Of a stretch of DNA of 57,205 nt, positions 20,754-30,265 are shown piece after piece. The notes under the pieces are model-generated. The model was not told the DNA's origin. It did no database searches and worked only from the letters and a program-made list of their open reading frames with translations. Origin of the DNA: a virus (lineage: Duplodnaviria; Caudoviricetes); the IMG/VR virus record IMGVR_UViG_3300032309_001424, positions 1-57,205 of that record, one strand, 5' to 3'. Within the stretch, counting starts at the first letter, position 1. The number at the start of each line of letters is the position of its first letter. Position numbers and translations under genes: made by a program.

Positions 20754-21305
20754 GTGAGTACCAAAAATTGGTCTGACTTAATTAAAGATGCTGGTGAAAC
20801 TGGCAGTTACGAACCGCTACCTGATGGTGATTACGATCTATTAGTAGTAGAAGCAACTGCAACTACATCGCAGTCTGGTAAGACAATGTTTAAGCTAAAG
20901 GCACAGGTTGAGGGCGGAGCTCACAACAAGCGTCTTGTATGGGATAACTTGGTTGTAACACCAGAAAGCCCTGCAGCACTTGGTATGTTGTTCAAGAAGT
21001 TCCACGCAATGGGAATTGGTCGTGGATATTTTGACACAAACCCAACTAACGCACAGATTGAGGCAACACTCACTGGTCGTAGATTCCGTGCACAGATTGG
21101 TAGCCGTATGTATAACGGAGCCAAGAAGAACGAAATCCGTAACTACTTCCCAAGTGCAGCAACAATTGCTGCAATGCAAGGTGATACTCCAGCTCCTGCT
21201 CAGGCGGCAGCTCCAGCATCTCCACCACCAGCGCCAGCTCCTGCTCCAGCACCTGCTGCAGCAGCACCAGCTCCAGCTCCAGCAGCACCGTCTGCACCGT
21301 TCTAA
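20754..21305 (+). CDS. DUF669-like single-stranded DNA-binding protein
   Basis: YEPLPDGDY...SQSGKTMF OB-fold motif; Pro/Ala-rich tail ending in PF; GTG start. Confidence 0.8.
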   Translation: MSTKNWSDLIKDAGETGSYEPLPDGDYDLLVVEATATTSQSGKTMFKLKAQVEGGAHNKRLVWDNLVVTPESPAALGMLFKKFHAMGIGRGYFDTNPTNAQIEATLTGRRFRAQIGSRMYNGAKKNEIRNYFPSAATIAAMQGDTPAPAQAAAPASPPPAPAPAPAPAAAAPAPAPAAPSAPF

Positions 21306-21314
21306 TAAAGTTTG

Positions 21315-21348
21315 TTGGGGGGCTGCTCAAGACAGGGCAGCCTCCTAA
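21315..21348 (+). terminator. Hairpin after the SSB gene (terminator or mRNA-stabilising stem)
   Basis: TTGGGGGGCTGCTC pairs with GGGCAGCCTCCTAA (with G-U pairs); no strong U tract. Confidence 0.55.
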
Positions 21349-21366
21349 TAATTAACAAGGAGAAAA

Positions 21367-22395
21367 ATGAAAGTATTAGTTACAGGATTTACGGCATCTC
21401 AGTGTTCTGAGAATGCTAATAATCGCCTGTCTACTTTTACTGGATTGTTTAAAAACGCTTTAGATGAACTTCAATGCAATGTAACTTGGGAAAAGCCACA
21501 GCTTAGTATGAGCAAAGAGTATTTAGATCAGTATGACTTAATTGTTGTTGGCATTGCTTCTCCTCACAGCGTGTCAGCTAATTATGTCTACGCTGGACTT
21601 TGGGTAGCCAGCCAAGCAAAAGAACTTGGGAAACTTAGACTTCTTATTGATGCACCAGACCCATACTGGATTTGGTCTGGAATTAGAGATTGTAATGACA
21701 ATCCACAAAAACTTTTTAAGTCTTTTTACGCTAGAAGATATAACTATTTTGAGGCACAAGAGCGTAAGTACGCTGAGCCAATCTACCGTTTTCTTCAACA
21801 CCTCTATACAGAGCAGTGGGGCAAGACTATTGTTCCAAGTATGCCGTGGTTTTCTAGAGAGGTTGTATCTAACTCTATTAAGAATATTCAGACCGAAGAT
21901 GTCATCGGTATTTGCTACGACAGAGAGCTTATTGATGCTTCTACGGACCGCATAGAGCCTTCACGAGGTAGTTACTGGTGTGCTGACGCACCTAAGAGCG
22001 AGTGGACTAAGAAAGTTATAAAAAGTCTAACTTCAGAAGTAGTGCCAGTACGATTACACAAGTATGATAAAAATAGCGAGATTCTAAGTCGCATAGAAAA
22101 TTCTATGGGAACTTTGATTAGTACATATAAAAATAACGACCCTTGGTGGTCTATAGCAATATCTCAATCGATTGCGGTTGGTGTTCCTGTAGTTACTGAT
22201 TGGCGTCATACATCTTGGGTAGGAGCAGAATGGGCGTTTTTACCTTCAACGCTGGAAGAGATGAGCCCGAGTCAACGGCTTATCGTGGCACAAAGTCAGA
22301 AAGATTTTTACAGAGATGCCACTCCCTCACGGGAGGAATCTTTGCAAAAAACAGTAGAGGCGCTGGACAACCAGAGCTTGCTGTCAGTAATCTAG
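21367..22395 (+). CDS. Putative GT-B fold glycosyltransferase (candidate DNA-modifying enzyme)
   Basis: N-terminal MKVLVTG strand, YDLIVVG, and C-terminal WWS...QSIAVGVPVVTD resembling the GT-B G-x-P-V-V donor-binding region. Confidence 0.5.
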   Translation: MKVLVTGFTASQCSENANNRLSTFTGLFKNALDELQCNVTWEKPQLSMSKEYLDQYDLIVVGIASPHSVSANYVYAGLWVASQAKELGKLRLLIDAPDPYWIWSGIRDCNDNPQKLFKSFYARRYNYFEAQERKYAEPIYRFLQHLYTEQWGKTIVPSMPWFSREVVSNSIKNIQTEDVIGICYDRELIDASTDRIEPSRGSYWCADAPKSEWTKKVIKSLTSEVVPVRLHKYDKNSEILSRIENSMGTLISTYKNNDPWWSIAISQSIAVGVPVVTDWRHTSWVGAEWAFLPSTLEEMSPSQRLIVAQSQKDFYRDATPSREESLQKTVEALDNQSLLSVI

Positions 22396-22421
22396 GCACA
22401 TCTGTCAGAAAGGACATTAAG

Positions 22422-22862
22422 ATGCCAGAAGTAGATATGAACTGGGTTAAACAACAACTCACGGACAATAGAACTAAGAGGGTAGTTGGCGATTCCGTCA
22501 TCAAGCTTCTTAATACTTGGACCGAAATAAAAAATACTGATCCAGATCCAGATAAAGATCAGGCAAACCTAAGTCAAGTAATTGAGTTATTTAGCAAAAT
22601 TGCTTTAGGTCACGCCATTGTAAAAGAAAATAAAAACGAGAACTGGATTCCAGCGCAGTCGGGACAACTAGTTGTTGCTGATGAAGTCCGTGTTAAATGG
22701 AATGCTTTTGATGGTGATAAAGGCAAGATTCATAATGGACGCCGTGGCAAGATTGTTAGCATTCGATACGGTGACATTATTGTCAAGACAACAGATGGTA
22801 AGGAGCCTCTACTAGACGGGTTCCACTACACCCCACAACAACTAGAGAAAAGAGTTCCGTAA
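22422..22862 (+). CDS. Hypothetical protein with a C-terminal SH3/KOW-like barrel
   Basis: Start re-called to ATG 22422 (AAAGGA RBS); ADEVRVK...GRRGKIVSIRYGDIIV. Confidence 0.6.
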   Translation: MPEVDMNWVKQQLTDNRTKRVVGDSVIKLLNTWTEIKNTDPDPDKDQANLSQVIELFSKIALGHAIVKENKNENWIPAQSGQLVVADEVRVKWNAFDGDKGKIHNGRRGKIVSIRYGDIIVKTTDGKEPLLDGFHYTPQQLEKRVP

Positions 22863-23083
22863 TGAAAAGTATCACTGTAAAGTGTTTAGTAAGTTCAAGA
22901 ACGTATAAAGGTCTTATATACGAGGCAGAAAAAAAGATTTCTAATTTCTATGAAATTGAAGCAGAAGATGTAAAAGACAAAGTAAGTTATGAAATCACGG
23001 TATTTGAAAGCTCTAATGATGGAGTTTCTCTTCCAATTTTTAGTGGAGAAATTACTGCCAGATTGAGAAGTACAAATGACTAA
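22862..23083 (+). CDS. Hypothetical protein
   Basis: TAATG coupling to the upstream gene. Confidence 0.55.
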   Translation: MKSITVKCLVSSRTYKGLIYEAEKKISNFYEIEAEDVKDKVSYEITVFESSNDGVSLPIFSGEITARLRSTND

Positions 23084-23396
23084 TGAAAACGAGTATCTTA
23101 AACAAGTAACAGATACGCCTTATCGTGTTGAAGCGCTTCGAGAAGCAGCTAAGATCACTACTCAAGATAGAAACGCAAGCTATGGCGGTCCAGAAGAAAA
23201 TTTTACACGGACGGCTAGAATTTGGTCTGTCATTCTTGGACAAGAAATTACAAACGAGCAGGTTGCAATGATGATGGTTGGTCTTAAGATGGCACGATTT
23301 GCTCATGGGTCAGGCTTCCAGCCAGATACTTGGATTGATATTGCAGGGTATGCTGGGTGCGGCTATGAAGTTGGAAAGATTGCCTCGGAGCAGTAA
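23076..23396 (+). CDS. DUF6378-like protein (phage nucleotide-metabolism associated)
   Basis: DRNASYGGPEENF...W...VAMMMVGLKMAR...DTWIDIAGY. Confidence 0.8.
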   Translation: MTNENEYLKQVTDTPYRVEALREAAKITTQDRNASYGGPEENFTRTARIWSVILGQEITNEQVAMMMVGLKMARFAHGSGFQPDTWIDIAGYAGCGYEVGKIASEQ

Positions 23397-23439
23397 GAGT
23401 AGACTAGAGCCATATAAAACTACTTGAAGGTAGGAAAAG

Positions 23440-23733
23440 ATGGCCGCAGAGCCCGTCATAAGCCCTATGCCAGTATGCGAAGCGTGCTGGCTAGAGAACC
23501 ACACCAAGTGGGAACCTGAAAGTGTGGACGAAAAAGGTAAAATCCTTATGCGTCTTAAAGGCGTAGATGTTCCAGAAAAAGTTAACAACGGAAATGTTGA
23601 AGTTTGCGTAATGTGTGGTGGAATAACTATTGCAGGAATATTTGAACTTAAGTTAACAAATGAGGTTTATTACTTAGACGGATCTTACGAGGAAAGTTTT
23701 GAAGTTCCTCTTGAAAGCACAGAGGAAGAGTAG
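23440..23733 (+). CDS. Small CxxC...CxxC zinc-finger-like protein
   Basis: CEAC and CVMC motifs; AGGA RBS. Confidence 0.65.
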   Translation: MAAEPVISPMPVCEACWLENHTKWEPESVDEKGKILMRLKGVDVPEKVNNGNVEVCVMCGGITIAGIFELKLTNEVYYLDGSYEESFEVPLESTEEE

Positions 23734-24079
23734 GGAGATAAAGATTAAAGACGAAAGACACGGTCAACATCTCTGGTCTGAGTGGGGTGGAAATGGCTAT
23801 AACGAAGAACTTACGGCCTCTACTGTTTATTACACCTTTGACCATGTTGATTTAGAAAATGACTTAGTACGAAGAGCTCTTGCCTCAGCTCTGCAGAGAG
23901 ACGGTGTTGCTGTTTCTCTAGGTGATGGATTTAATATGATAGACAAAGCTTTTCCAGTTCATGGATGGTCTGGACTTATTGAGGATGAATTAGAATTTAC
24001 TGTATGTGATGATTCTGGTGAGACAGAGTATGGGGATATTGTAGGAGTAGCACTTGCAACTACATGGATAGAAATATAG
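23699..24079 (+). CDS. Hypothetical acidic protein (start uncertain)
   Basis: Fills the gap between the zinc-finger gene and whiB; possible starts are TTG 23699, TTG 23711 or ATT 23744. Confidence 0.6.
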   Translation: MKFLLKAQRKSREIKIKDERHGQHLWSEWGGNGYNEELTASTVYYTFDHVDLENDLVRRALASALQRDGVAVSLGDGFNMIDKAFPVHGWSGLIEDELEFTVCDDSGETEYGDIVGVALATTWIEI

Positions 24080-24125
24080 TAGATAGTCTATAGTCTATAG
24101 TCGAGCGGTTTTATAGTATATAGTC

Positions 24126-24131
24126 TAAAAT
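24126..24131 (+). promoter_or_regulatory. -10 element (TAAAAT) for a probable leaderless whiB transcript
   Basis: TANNNT hexamer 7 nt upstream of ATG 24139; no Shine-Dalgarno. Confidence 0.5.
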
Positions 24132-24138
24132 AGTCTAT

Positions 24139-24624
24139 ATGTGGAAACCAGCTGACAATTTAGAATGGCAAAGAGACGCTTCATGCGCCGATCCTAAAAA
24201 TAAAGAATCAGTTGATTGGTTCTTTTCTAAGGAACCTCAAGAAAAGTATGCAGCTAAGAACATGTGTTTTGCATGTCCTGTGCGTGCACAGTGCCTCCAA
24301 TGGGCTTTAGAGCATCGCCAGATCTGGGGTATTTGGGGTGGTAAAGATGAAGTCGATATTCGTAGAACTTTGTCGGTATCCTATAATGGTGAAGAAACAA
24401 GAAGACGCAGATTTCCTAATTGTCCATATTGCACTGCTCGTCCTTCTAAGCTTGATACTTCTATAGAAGAACTGCCAAACGGAGGACGTTGGACTACAGC
24501 AAAGGTAGTTACCTGTACAGAATGTAATTTTTCATGGAGAAGTCGCACTAGCGCAAATGCAGTAGAGGCTTATAAGCTAGAGAAAGAAGAAAAATCTAAA
24601 AAAAGTTCAAAGAAAACTAAGTAA
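24139..24624 (+). CDS. whiB: WhiB-family Fe-S transcription factor with a C-terminal zinc ribbon
   Basis: WQRDASC...C-x2-C-x5-C and GIWGG; extra CPYC...CTEC. Confidence 0.9.
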   Translation: MWKPADNLEWQRDASCADPKNKESVDWFFSKEPQEKYAAKNMCFACPVRAQCLQWALEHRQIWGIWGGKDEVDIRRTLSVSYNGEETRRRRFPNCPYCTARPSKLDTSIEELPNGGRWTTAKVVTCTECNFSWRSRTSANAVEAYKLEKEEKSKKSSKKTK

Positions 24625-25675
24625 GTTTTTCTTTACAAAAGTTTAGATTTGCCTGAAGTCTTTCATCTGCTGAATCAATATCAACAGCCGCTTGAGCGTA
24701 AGAAGCTGCATCTTCATACATACCTAAGTTGTAAGAAGCAATAGCTGCATAATCGTGTGGTGCTGCACCCCAAGCTTCTGCTTCACACAGATACTCGAGT
24801 GGCTTTTCTTTAATAGCAAGAGCTTCCTTAGCGCATTCAAGCGAGTTAGCCCAATCTTTTCGGTCATAGTAGACCTTTGCAAGATCAACCCATGGTTCTC
24901 TTCTACCTGGAGCTTGATCGATTGCCTTACGCAACCAAATTTCTGCTTCTGCTGGAAGTGATTTAGCAATAAAACGCATTGAAGCAGCACGTTCTGGTGC
25001 CCAGTGTGCGGTAGGCAAAGATAGGTGTCTTTTTAGCTCTGCTGCGGCTTCTATGTAGTGTCCATAAAAATAAAGCTCACGTCCGTAGTAGAACGCATTG
25101 CGATCATTGTATGGATCTTCTTTTACTGAAAGAGCAAGGAGTGGGAGATATTGCGAACGAGATTTAGTTGGGTCTGGATGGTGATGTGTTTCTAAGCCAT
25201 CAATCCATTCTTGTTTTTCTTCCATACCATAAACATAAAGACACTCGTGAACAGGATGGCGCCAACGATATCCTTTACGAGTATGAATGTGATCATAACT
25301 AAATTCTAATCCTGGAGTTCCATCTTCATTCCAAGACCAAATGTGCTTGTATCGAGGACGAGTAACTCCACGCTCCCACGCTGCTTCAAGCAGTGGACGC
25401 CAATTAGGTGTAATTACTTCATCCATATCTAAAGAGATACACATATCAATATCAATAGGGAGTGCAGCTAAAGCAGCATTGCGTGAATCATCAAATCTCC
25501 AAGGAGCAACTCGCACATCTACAACATTAATTCCAAGCTCACGAGCACGTTCTACGGTTCCGTCTGTAGAACCAGTATCAGCAATAAGTAAATAATCGGC
25601 ATCTTTCGATGCTTCAAACCACTTATCAACAAACTGACGTTCATTAAGTGCAATTGTGTAAATAGCTACTTTCAT
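24617..25675 (-). CDS. Family 2 glycosyltransferase with C-terminal TPRs (putative protein O-glycosyltransferase)
   Basis: IALNE, DTGSTDGT, WRFDDSRN, LDMDE (DxD), VHE; helical TPR-like C-terminal half. Confidence 0.88.
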   Translation of the reverse strand: MKVAIYTIALNERQFVDKWFEASKDADYLLIADTGSTDGTVERARELGINVVDVRVAPWRFDDSRNAALAALPIDIDMCISLDMDEVITPNWRPLLEAAWERGVTRPRYKHIWSWNEDGTPGLEFSYDHIHTRKGYRWRHPVHECLYVYGMEEKQEWIDGLETHHHPDPTKSRSQYLPLLALSVKEDPYNDRNAFYYGRELYFYGHYIEAAAELKRHLSLPTAHWAPERAASMRFIAKSLPAEAEIWLRKAIDQAPGRREPWVDLAKVYYDRKDWANSLECAKEALAIKEKPLEYLCEAEAWGAAPHDYAAIASYNLGMYEDAASYAQAAVDIDSADERLQANLNFCKEKLT

Positions 25676-25677
25676 TT

Positions 25678-25893
25678 TTAAATTTCTCCCTCTTCAGACA
25701 AGACAGTAATTTTTTCTACTTCTAAACCATCTTTATATAAAAGAGTAGAGTTTTTAAAAACTACATCTCTTTTACTAACGTATCCACCGTCTTTGTCTAA
25801 TTTTTCATCTGCAATTTCCTTTGTTGGGGCTAGTACTTGAACAAGCATAGTAACCTCATATGTATAGCAAGATGTATCTAATGAATCTGTCAT
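25678..25893 (-). CDS. Hypothetical protein
   Basis: Lies between the methyltransferase and glycosyltransferase; AAGGA RBS. Confidence 0.6.
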   Translation of the reverse strand: MTDSLDTSCYTYEVTMLVQVLAPTKEIADEKLDKDGGYVSKRDVVFKNSTLLYKDGLEVEKITVLSEEGEI

Positions 25894-25907
25894 TTTTAAA
25901 TCCTTGT

Positions 25908-26486
25908 CTATTGTATTTTTTTATACCAACATTGATAATCTTGCAAGACTAACTCTAGCCTATCTCGATAAATACTGCCGAACGCATCGATAGCCATTTT
26001 TGGTTCTTTTAGAGGACCTAAACCAGCGCTCCATTGGTAGTCATCAAAGGCAATAATTCCTCCGACATTAAGGCATTCATAAGATGCTATAGCGTCTTTA
26101 ATAACACCATATGCCGTATGATCGCCATCTACATATATAAAGTCATACATTTCCCTATTATTTTTAAAGAAACTGTCACTTGTTCCTTTGTACTTAATAA
26201 TTTTTCTTTCTTCCTGACCTTGCTTAGTTTTAAAGTCATAAAGATTTTCTACAGTAGACCAGTTCATTTGATGGTGCATTGGCTCGTCTGAACCCTCCCA
26301 TGTATCAACATCAATCAAAACTGAGTCAGGGTGAGTAAGTAGATTATCGTAGAGCCACACAGAAGCGTCTCCTGTGTAAGCACCTATTTGAAGGGAGCGT
26401 ATAGGTTTACCTGAAAAATTACGAAGCAAGTGCATGTAAAAATTTTTTTGGCCATCGTTAATGAACCAGTTTGTTGTTTCGTTCAT
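25908..26486 (-). CDS. Class I SAM-dependent methyltransferase (Methyltransf_24-like)
   Basis: LQIGAYTG, VDTWEG, YDFIYVDGDH and GGIIAFDDY. Confidence 0.88.
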   Translation of the reverse strand: MNETTNWFINDGQKNFYMHLLRNFSGKPIRSLQIGAYTGDASVWLYDNLLTHPDSVLIDVDTWEGSDEPMHHQMNWSTVENLYDFKTKQGQEERKIIKYKGTSDSFFKNNREMYDFIYVDGDHTAYGVIKDAIASYECLNVGGIIAFDDYQWSAGLGPLKEPKMAIDAFGSIYRDRLELVLQDYQCWYKKIQ

Positions 26487-26603
26487 TTCAGTCCTTTTGT
26501 CTTATATAGCTATTTTTGTCTGATTTCAGACCTTATATAAATATACCAGCCATACTAGCTTTACGCCTAACGTATTAACATTTCCTAAGCGGATTACTGA
26601 TAT

Positions 26604-26810
26604 TTATTGCTCTTCATCTAAAACAATTGTTTTATCTTCTAAGATTTCACCAGTAGGTAGTGCTGAGTCATCCCAGATAAAGAAGGCATCAGAGATTGTC
26701 TGTGGATCGGTCAAGTCCTCAGCCAAGATTGGCGGGTGACCAAGGGTAATCCCATTGATAACCAAACCTGAGTGATTGAACTTGCTTCTGAGTGTTCCCA
26801 TTATTTCCAC
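26604..26810 (-). CDS. Hypothetical protein
   Basis: Overlaps the end of the upstream LamG-like gene, same strand. Confidence 0.5.
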   Translation of the reverse strand: MEIMGTLRSKFNHSGLVINGITLGHPPILAEDLTDPQTISDAFFIWDDSALPTGEILEDKTIVLDEEQ

Positions 26811-28300
26811 CTATCTAAGTAGTATGTTCGCACAGTATTAATTTCGGCTTGTGATAGTGGTCTGCGCCAAATTGCAGCGGCAACAAATTCCATATCCACG
26901 TACTGAGTAGTAGGACCTCTGCCTCCAACAGTTAAAACACCTGTATTAATTAAAGTTGATGTATCAGATATTGAAGTAGCTACATTGCCAATTGCTCCTG
27001 TCGGGAAAACGGCGTTTGCCCTGTTAGTAAATCTATTAAAAACTCCACCAAATACATTAGCAATGCCACTAGTAAATGTAAAAGCCCTACTAAAAGAACT
27101 TGTATCAGAGTTAATATTAAATTGAAAATTTATTGAATTTGAACCAATCCAAAGAGCATATCCTAATTCTATGCTCGAAGGATCTTTAAATTTAGCAAGT
27201 ATTCCTTTAAATGTACTATTGGTGGGCCAAGTCCTAAATACAACTAATGCAGTAAAACTATCATTGTTGCTAAAATCAACAGCCTTAGAACCAGTAGCAG
27301 AACCTGGAACAATTAACACATCGTCAAGGCCAAATAACCAAACTGGCGTTGTCACTGCTACAGATTTTTTTTGAGAAGTATGACGATTAATTGTGACAGT
27401 CTGGCCTGTTATTGCGGTAAATGTTGCGGCACTACCTGATGTAATAACAGATGTGTCAACATCTAGGACAGTTGTTCCGTTAATGCCGTTTAGGACTTGA
27501 GCACGGTAGATTTTTCCTGTTAGTGTGTCTTGTCCACCAGTACGACTACCCACTTCTAATGTAGTATTTCCAGCAAATATACTTGTAGTACCCGAGTTAG
27601 TAATTGTGCTTCCTAATTGAGTCCAGGTTGCTCCATCATCAGAAGTAAAAAACTTAATTTCATTTTGTGATGAACCATTGTCAACATCAAGAGTTGCTCT
27701 TACCCATTTAACTGTACCATCAGTAATTGCATTTGCAACTGTTGAAGTCCTAGTAAATAGTGTGGTTCCATCTGATGAATAAATTAAAGATAATGTTCCG
27801 CTAGTGTTAACCTGTAAAGAATATGCATTATTTCCTGAACCTCGTTTTGCTATAAAATTATTTGGAGAAGTAGGAGTCCAATCATCCATTGCAACTTGTA
27901 CACGCAAATCAATATCACCTGTAATATCCAAAGCATCATCATCAGGCACTGATAAATAATTGTTAATAAACCCAGGCAAATACACATAATTTGTACCATT
28001 CCAGTCAAGAAACTTAGGGTCATTACTATCTGCAACAGAAGTTGTGCCTGACCTACAATTAAGTATCGGACCTGCTGTACCGAGATTGCGGACTATCTTT
28101 GCTGGCGCACCTTCGTTCTGATGATCTTGTGCGTCAATACGCCAGACAGAATCAGCAAGGATTTCCTCAACAGCAGTATTTTCAACAACTGTTGTAGTAC
28201 GAGGCCAGTTCTTGAGATCGGCAGCTAACCCATTAGTAGTTGAAAAATACTGATCGGGAACCTTCTTGCTAGGTAAACTCCGATAAGTATTGTTAGTCAT
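26801..28300 (-). CDS. Concanavalin/LamG-like lectin-domain virion protein
   Basis: LSVPDDDALDITGDIDL, LEVGSR...GKIYRAQV and AAIWRRPLSQAEI are LamG-like signatures. Confidence 0.6.
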   Translation of the reverse strand: MTNNTYRSLPSKKVPDQYFSTTNGLAADLKNWPRTTTVVENTAVEEILADSVWRIDAQDHQNEGAPAKIVRNLGTAGPILNCRSGTTSVADSNDPKFLDWNGTNYVYLPGFINNYLSVPDDDALDITGDIDLRVQVAMDDWTPTSPNNFIAKRGSGNNAYSLQVNTSGTLSLIYSSDGTTLFTRTSTVANAITDGTVKWVRATLDVDNGSSQNEIKFFTSDDGATWTQLGSTITNSGTTSIFAGNTTLEVGSRTGGQDTLTGKIYRAQVLNGINGTTVLDVDTSVITSGSAATFTAITGQTVTINRHTSQKKSVAVTTPVWLFGLDDVLIVPGSATGSKAVDFSNNDSFTALVVFRTWPTNSTFKGILAKFKDPSSIELGYALWIGSNSINFQFNINSDTSSFSRAFTFTSGIANVFGGVFNRFTNRANAVFPTGAIGNVATSISDTSTLINTGVLTVGGRGPTTQYVDMEFVAAAIWRRPLSQAEINTVRTYYLDRWK

Positions 28301-28303
28301 TGG

Positions 28304-28693
28304 TTACAGGTCTCCACCTAATGCAATGACGTTAGTTGATTGAGAAATTGTGGTTGTTACTCCAAGTTGAGAGCTGGCATTAGGTAAAACCAAGTTTGCA
28401 TATGTTGCAATATTTCTGGTGGCCTTTACTGTAGTTGATGAAGTTGCTGCAGCAACTGTAATCTGATCAAGCAAGCGCCAAGTGGTCCCTGAGTCAGTTG
28501 AAGTAAAGATATTAACAAGAGCAGCAGCAGATGTAGCAGCACACTGGACGTCAATTTCTAATACACGAGTTCCTGTAGCCGCACCAGTAATGAGTGATGT
28601 GACAGTTCCAGTACCGTCAATAGCAGTATTAGCAGTTGCGACGTTAACCGTTGTTAGTCTAGGTGTTCCTATAAACGAGGGGTTAATTGCCAT
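28304..28693 (-). CDS. Small beta-rich putative virion protein
   Basis: Thr/Ala-rich; GGAG RBS; within the fibre block. Confidence 0.6.
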   Translation of the reverse strand: MAINPSFIGTPRLTTVNVATANTAIDGTGTVTSLITGAATGTRVLEIDVQCAATSAAALVNIFTSTDSGTTWRLLDQITVAAATSSTTVKATRNIATYANLVLPNASSQLGVTTTISQSTNVIALGGDL

Positions 28694-28703
28694 TTATTTC
28701 TCC

Positions 28704-29734
<1,031 letters not shown>

Positions 29735-29735
<1 letters not shown>

Positions 29736-30256
29736 TAGCTGTAGCTCACAATCCGCCACCCTGAAGCAGTTTTTACTTCAAGATTACTAGTTTCTGTATT
29801 AAACCTTACATATCCTACACTAGCAGTTAAAGATCTTTGTGCCGTAGTTCCTTGATCTACATACAAAGTATTATATTGTCCACTAATAGTTTTATTTGTA
29901 AGTGTTTGAACTAAGTTTTCTGGAAGTCCAGAATCGCTTTGAGGGATACCATTACAATGAAAAGATGTAGTTGATACAGTTGATCTTACATACACCGTAT
30001 CTCCTTCATTTACTGCAAATCTAAAAGTTTCAAATGATTGTCCTAAACCAATAGCAATATTGAAACCTATATAAGCGTACTGTGCAGGAATTGTTGCATT
30101 TGCAGGAACTACCCAGATATTTACTTTTGTTACGGGAGTGGCTGTTACTGCTTTACTTGCAGCAATAACAGACACTAAGTGAGGCGAGGTAAAGGTTGCT
30201 AAACTAACATCCGTATTGGCTGCTGGGTTAGAAAGACCAAGGCGAGTAATTGGCAT
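29735..30256 (-). CDS. Putative virion protein, paralogous to the N-terminal domain of the neighbouring collagen-like protein
   Basis: Shares MPI-x-RLG and [10 protein letters not shown] with 28704-29735; C-terminal GTTAQR...GYVRFNTE. Confidence 0.7.
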
Positions 30257-30265
30257 TTGGCCCTC

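Noticed and set aside
22200-22421. N-terminal extension of ORF 22200-22862
   Set aside because: It overlaps the upstream gene extensively, and a strong RBS supports ATG 22422.
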